Source: Sedimentisphaerales bacterium (GTDB lineage Bacteria; Planctomycetota; Phycisphaerae; Sedimentisphaerales; Anaerobacaceae). From it: 64,000 nucleotides of DNA. Made by a program: the position numbers and the translations under genes. This document shows, piece after piece, positions 59,293-64,000 of the stretch. The DNA lies in NCBI GenBank assembly GCA_040772485.1, contig JAXGYC010000008.1, positions 320,001-384,000 of the forward strand, given 5' to 3'. The notes below the pieces were generated by a model. That model was not told the DNA's origin, searched no databases, and was given only the letters and a program-made list of their open reading frames with translations. Every line of letters starts with the position of its first letter. Position 1 is the stretch's first letter.

Positions 59293-60490
59293 CTGAGTCA
59301 TCCCCAGTTTTGACCGAGGAGTTCGTGCTTCAAGCGGCGCAAGAGATACTGGCAGGTGGGGAGAGGGCAGGTTTGCATGAACAGGCCGATGGTGAAGAGA
59401 CTGCATTCGCCCGTCCGGTTGTTGGAGCACCACCGGCCGGGGCGGAATCGTTCGGAGGCGTACAGGCCGACCGTCACCAGGAGCAGATACGCCAAGGCCA
59501 GAATAAGCAGAAACCGACTCAAACGCTGGGAATCCTTGATCTGGATCAAACGCAGAGCAAACCCATTGCGTTTGTTTTTCACGTCACGAAAGTACTCTTC
59601 AATGCTCATCCGCCGCGCAAAGACCTTGGACAAGACTTGGGCGCGAAGGTGCTCTTCGTCCGTCATCAGATACCAGGGTTCCGACTGATCCGGCAGCCAA
59701 ACCACAGCCACGTCCTGCACGACGGGCCGCTCTTTGCGATACGAGACGTGGCGTAGCAGGTGTCTCTGGCCCCGATGGATCGGGTAATCCGCCAGGCGAC
59801 CGGTGAACCGCGAACTGCTCACCCACACCGACGGCTGGATGCGGATGATGTAATGGAACTTCAGTTCCTGGCACACGCGGGCCATCTCCGTTCGACCGAA
59901 CCCCCGATCGGCGAGAAGCGTCACCCGGACCGAAGCGGCCACCATGGTGTGAAACAGACGCAGCAACCCGTATTCCAGATTGTTCTGCGAGCGATAGACC
60001 TCCTCGTAACGGTACACCGCCCACAGCAAAGGCAAGGCCCGGCCTCGCAGACGAGCCGCCAGGACCAGGCACTGAAAGTGGCGGATATCCACCCAATCGA
60101 GGCTCACCAGCAGCTTTTTTCGGGGTTGGGCGAGCCACTGGACCACGCCCCGCATCGCTTCGCTCGGCTCGACCCGAGTGTTTCCTACAAAGCGGTCGAC
60201 CCGCTTGATCCCCTGCTTGGCGGCCAGCGCCGATTGCCCCGCCAATGCCCGTCCCAGTTGGGCCAGCGAGGCCCGCACCACGATCATCGCCGCCGGAACC
60301 AAGACGCTCAAGGTTTTGGCCTGCGAGAGCCGAAGACAAGAGCATACCGAACGTACAAAATCCGAAATCTCCTGGCGTTTCATGGTCGACTCCTTTCGAT
60401 CGAGTTGGCATTGTGATTTCTTTCACCAACTCTCATCGTCAAAGAGTCGACCTTTTCATTGGGCCCTACCTTAAACTGGGGATGATTCAG
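59293..60490 (-). mobile_element. IS4-family insertion sequence, 1198 bp, 18-bp imperfect IRs, 9-bp DR CCATCCTCC
   Basis: CTGAGTCATCCCCAGTTT at 59293; reverse complement CTGAATCATCCCCAGTTT at 60490; identical flanks 59284-59292 and 60491-60499. Confidence 0.95.
59298..60383 (-). CDS. IS4-family DDE transposase
   Basis: LDW, GRALPL, ADRGF, F-x2-R-x2-IEEYFRDVK (YREK-like). Confidence 0.93.
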   Translation of the reverse strand: MKRQEISDFVRSVCSCLRLSQAKTLSVLVPAAMIVVRASLAQLGRALAGQSALAAKQGIKRVDRFVGNTRVEPSEAMRGVVQWLAQPRKKLLVSLDWVDIRHFQCLVLAARLRGRALPLLWAVYRYEEVYRSQNNLEYGLLRLFHTMVAASVRVTLLADRGFGRTEMARVCQELKFHYIIRIQPSVWVSSSRFTGRLADYPIHRGQRHLLRHVSYRKERPVVQDVAVVWLPDQSEPWYLMTDEEHLRAQVLSKVFARRMSIEEYFRDVKNKRNGFALRLIQIKDSQRLSRFLLILALAYLLLVTVGLYASERFRPGRWCSNNRTGECSLFTIGLFMQTCPLPTCQYLLRRLKHELLGQNWG

Positions 60491-60519
60491 CCATCCTCCT
60501 CGTCCGTTCCAGAGTCGCG

Positions 60520-60999
60520 TCAGCCCCTGGGGCCGTCGACAGCGAAGGTTCTGTCTCCTTCGCGGTATCTGACGATGAAGATGGTGTCCTCGATCCGGAC
60601 GCCGTTTTCATACGTGAGACGAATCGGACATTGAGCTGTCTGAACGTTCGAGATAGAGCCCTCCTTCAACGGCTCGAAGCGGATGTCCTCGCAGACGAAT
60701 TCCATTTCGACGATCTGGTCGAAACGGTTCTTGCCCAGGCCGAACAGCTCATCGAGGAACTGCCGGCGGTCGCCGCCCAAGAGGTCCTCAAGCTGCTCGC
60801 GCCGATACGCCCTATCGATGTACCTTCTGACAACGAGCTTCTCGTCGTGGTCCAGCACCGCCTGCCGGAACCCCTCCAGAAACACCCGCACGTCGTCCGA
60901 TGCATACGCCCGTTCGCCCCCCCGCCGCCCCACCGCACAAGATGCACACAACACCGCCACACAAAGCAGAACAACCTTGCCCAAGATCCGCTCACCCAT
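60520..60999 (-). CDS. Hypothetical lipoprotein
   Basis: GGAGG RBS; LLCVAVLCASC lipobox-like. Confidence 0.65.
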   Translation of the reverse strand: MGERILGKVVLLCVAVLCASCAVGRRGGERAYASDDVRVFLEGFRQAVLDHDEKLVVRRYIDRAYRREQLEDLLGGDRRQFLDELFGLGKNRFDQIVEMEFVCEDIRFEPLKEGSISNVQTAQCPIRLTYENGVRIEDTIFIVRYREGDRTFAVDGPRG

Positions 61000-62509
61000 A
61001 GCACGCCTCCGAGCTCTTCTCACCTCGGCCTTGACCATAGGGTCTTACGAAGAGAGCACAGGCCGTCAGGCCGAGAACGCAGATCGTGAAGATGATGCCG
61101 TTGGGGGTGCGGCCGGTCCACTCGGCCCAGGGCCACGGGAAACGGAAGAAGGCGTAGTTCAACAGGAAATAGAGCCACGCGCTGAGCAGCAGCGTGCGGC
61201 GTGCGAAGGCGTTTCCCATCGGCCTTTCCGGCACCTGACGTGCGTAGGCGATAGCGATCATCGTCACGACCGCCAGCGGGACAATCAGGTAGACGAGCCA
61301 GCCGACGAGCGGGGCCACAGCCGCCTCCTCGTACACCAGTTGCCGAACGGTCTTGCCGGCGTAGGGAATCAGCATGACCGGGAACACGGCAAAGCAAGGC
61401 CACCAGCGTCCGCCGACGATCGCCACGATGGGAATGATCCCCATGATCAGCCCCAGGTCGTAGAGAAAATCCACGGCGCCAAACGCTCCGCTCAGGATGG
61501 GTCTGCCGAGGCTATCGACCATCGAACGGTCCACAAACTCGACCGAGATCAGCAGGACCAGGTGAATGGCGAGCAGGACCCACTCCACGGACAAAGGGAG
61601 GGTGACATCGGTTGCGGCACGGTCCAGTTGAATCCGCTTTCGGTTGAGCCACAGGCCGCAGCCCAGCAGCGCGCCCATGACCGCGCCGAAGGTGGTCTCC
61701 ATCATGTTCCACCAGTTAATGGCGATCCCTTCGAGAAAGGTGCCACGCAGAAAGTCGGGATTCCAGGCGTGATAAGCCTGGAGGCTCTGTCCGAGCGGGA
61801 AGCCCAGCGCGCCGCCCAACAGCCCCCACCACACCAGACGCCGCGCCAGCCCGTCTTTACGCCAGTAACCGACATAGGCAACCAAGACCGCCAGTGCTGC
61901 CAATAAGCCACCCCAGCATTCCGGGCGGGGCTTCAGCACCCTGTCCGGCTGCCAATGCCAGTCCGCGGAGAAGTAGAGCGCCGGCAGCACTCTGTGAGCC
62001 GGGTCGAAGGGCGAGTTGATCAGGGCCACACCGGTGAAGTAGGCCATGACCAGCGCCAGCATGAGCACCAGCATCTCCAGCGGGCGATACCGCGTGCCGC
62101 CCAGCCCCATCCCCAGAAACGCGCCCGCGAAGCCGATCCACAGGCCGCCCTTGATCGCCAGGCCCAGCATGCCCCAGCCCAGCGCGGCCCAGTTGCCGAC
62201 CAGTTCCGGATCGTGCGTCAGGCCGACGGTCTGGCCGTAGGTCATGGAACCGCCGAATCCCATGGCGATGGTCCCCAAGGCCACCGCCCGCGCGGCGCCG
62301 AGCAGCGAAGCCCTCGGACAGAGCAGGGTCACCAGGGTCAGACTGACCAGCAGCCCGGCGAGCATCGCCCCGGTCTCGTGCCCGTACTGCCCCCGAATCC
62401 CCCACGCCATCCCCCCGGCCATCGCCCCAAACACCACCGCCGCAAACCAGCCTGTTGGCTCGCGTCTGTCGTGACCTAACGAATCATTCATTGAACCGGG
62501 ATCTGCCAT
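60992..62509 (-). CDS. Hypothetical polytopic membrane protein
   Basis: >10 TM segments; GGMAWGIRGQYGHE, GGSMTYGQT, NWWNMME. Confidence 0.8.
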   Translation of the reverse strand: MADPGSMNDSLGHDRREPTGWFAAVVFGAMAGGMAWGIRGQYGHETGAMLAGLLVSLTLVTLLCPRASLLGAARAVALGTIAMGFGGSMTYGQTVGLTHDPELVGNWAALGWGMLGLAIKGGLWIGFAGAFLGMGLGGTRYRPLEMLVLMLALVMAYFTGVALINSPFDPAHRVLPALYFSADWHWQPDRVLKPRPECWGGLLAALAVLVAYVGYWRKDGLARRLVWWGLLGGALGFPLGQSLQAYHAWNPDFLRGTFLEGIAINWWNMMETTFGAVMGALLGCGLWLNRKRIQLDRAATDVTLPLSVEWVLLAIHLVLLISVEFVDRSMVDSLGRPILSGAFGAVDFLYDLGLIMGIIPIVAIVGGRWWPCFAVFPVMLIPYAGKTVRQLVYEEAAVAPLVGWLVYLIVPLAVVTMIAIAYARQVPERPMGNAFARRTLLLSAWLYFLLNYAFFRFPWPWAEWTGRTPNGIIFTICVLGLTACALFVRPYGQGRGEKSSEACYG

Positions 62510-62741
62510 CTAACCCTACAATCGGCACTCCGCCCGTCACACCGCCAACAATACCACCATCGGGCCTCAAGGGATGAGCAAGAGATGCGGCAGTACCTCG
62601 ACATTCTCTCGCCTACAGCAACGATTCTCGCTCATCCACGATACGGATTTGGCCGATACTACCATGTGTGCGGCGAGTAGCCCTGCGTCCGATTCATAGA
62701 CTCATAAGAGTGTGTCTTGATACGATCCTTGAGGCCGATAA

Positions 62742-63323
62742 ATGAAGCCATACGATCCGCTTGACTACGAGAACCTGGCACGCAGCGTCGTCCAAACGCT
62801 GCTTGAAGGTCCGGAGAAACCGCTGCCCCCGGAGGAGTCATTCGAGGGATCCGGTGTATACGCCATTTACTACCACGGCGATTTCCCGCCCTATTCGAGG
62901 CTTGTGCAGGCAAACCCCGTCCCGCCCATCTACGTGGGAAGAGCGGACCCCGAAGGTGCTCGTAAAGGCGGAGGCGAAGCTCCGGGTGGGCGAAAACTCT
63001 GCCAGCGGCTTAGACAGCACAGCAAGAGCATCGAACAAACACAGAATCTCGATGTGCAGGATTTTACGTGCCGGTATCTTGTTCTCGTCCCCGTATGGGT
63101 CACGCTCGCCGAGCGGTTTCTCGTGGAACACCATCAACCCATCTGGAACGTCGCCATTGATGGATTTGGAAACCACACTCCAGGGCGCACCAGGGAAGCA
63201 ATGAAACGTCCGTTCTGGGATATTCTTCATCCGGGTCGACCGTGGGCGGCAAAGCTGACTGCGAGGGAGTCTGTTGAAGATGTTCTTGAGAAGCTGAACG
63301 CCTTTCTTGACAGAAACGCGTAG
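62742..63323 (+). CDS. Eco29kI-family (GIY-YIG) restriction endonuclease
   Basis: YDPLDYENL, GVYAIYY, IYVGRA, RLRQH, PIWN..DGFGNH.PG, WDILHPGRPWA. Confidence 0.9.
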   Translation: MKPYDPLDYENLARSVVQTLLEGPEKPLPPEESFEGSGVYAIYYHGDFPPYSRLVQANPVPPIYVGRADPEGARKGGGEAPGGRKLCQRLRQHSKSIEQTQNLDVQDFTCRYLVLVPVWVTLAERFLVEHHQPIWNVAIDGFGNHTPGRTREAMKRPFWDILHPGRPWAAKLTARESVEDVLEKLNAFLDRNA

Positions 63324-63344
63324 GTCTGCCCTCCGGAGAGCTCG

Positions 63345-64000
63345 CTATTCGGGAGCCCTCAACTCCACGGCGGTCTCGTGAAGCTCGACGCGTTGCGTCA
63401 TCACCCCGGCGCGCACCGATGAATCGACAATGCTCGAACCGGTGCGTTTCTTTCGCACACGGTGCATTTCCTCAAGCGCGAAACCATGCAGTCCCGCAAT
63501 CTCTGCGAGGAACCGGTCCGTCTCGATGTGGATGCCCTGGACGATGTTGTTGCCGATCACAACCACAACGAGGCCATCGGCCTTCATCACGCGGCGAGTC
63601 ACTTCGAAGAACCGATGGCAGTCGTTGAAGTACTTGGCGGCGTAGTTGGCCCATCCGGCACCGCCATAGACGCCCTTCTCCGGATGGCGAGAACGAACGG
63701 CATCCAGGACATCGCGCAATTCCGGAAGATTGAAACTCAACTCGATCGGAGGACCGCTTCGCACGGTCTGCCAGAAGCAGCCGAAATTGTCGTCTTCAAG
63801 CTGCTTGAGCTGCCCGTTCCCCTCCGTCAAACCCAGCCAGTGAAGCTGAGGACGGGTGTTGCGAACGTAGTGGTAGTTGTTGAGATACGGCGGGGACGTC
63901 ACAAGCACGTCAATGCTCGCCGCAGGAAGAACGTCGGCGCCCTGGAGGTATGAGCATTCACACACCTTCGCCTGGGGCCGATGCCGGAACGACTTCATAT
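63345..64000 (-). CDS. N4-C/N6-A DNA methyltransferase (5' end beyond window)
   Basis: LVTSPPY motif IV; RVMK..G.VVVVIGN. Confidence 0.85.
   Translation of the reverse strand, partial: MKSFRHRPQAKVCECSYLQGADVLPAASIDVLVTSPPYLNNYHYVRNTRPQLHWLGLTEGNGQLKQLEDDNFGCFWQTVRSGPPIELSFNLPELRDVLDAVRSRHPEKGVYGGAGWANYAAKYFNDCHRFFEVTRRVMKADGLVVVVIGNNIVQGIHIETDRFLAEIAGLHGFALEEMHRVRKKRTGSSIVDSSVRAGVMTQRVELHETAVELRAPE

Overview
GC-rich (roughly 60-65% by eye) bacterial chromosomal segment. The gene repertoire suggests an anaerobic Planctomycetota member, probably Phycisphaerae/Sedimentisphaerales-like (inference). That repertoire includes prepilin-type 'H-X9-DG' proteins, a dockerin, PEP-CTERM, DUF1080, a Tat-exported Gfo/Idh/MocA and sulfatase, and superoxide reductase. 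Housekeeping content: ilvB x2/ilvN, tRNA-Ser/Met/Glu, tadA, ldh, an Fpg-type glycosylase, tex, deoC, folE/PTPS, pepA, and prfB with its programmed +1 frameshift. Also present: a carbohydrate-utilisation cluster (GH2, sulfatase, sugar porter), a frameshifted OPT transporter, an MNT-HEPN pair, a complete IS4-family element with 18-bp IRs and a 9-bp target duplication, and an Eco29kI-type endonuclease next to a truncated MTase. At least three REP-like repeat families occur, some in frame inside genes or supplying stop codons. The most notable region is an accessory block at 26.2-32.7 kb. It holds a Sec-type secreted 598-aa protein whose intact C39 peptidase is fused in cis to a textbook double-glycine leader and an 83-aa, 8-Cys/7-Trp peptide (a candidate self-processing peptide precursor). 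Next to it is an ECF sigma factor whose anti-sigma carries four tandem ZAS zinc-finger motifs. All family assignments are motif-based by eye; no database searches were run.
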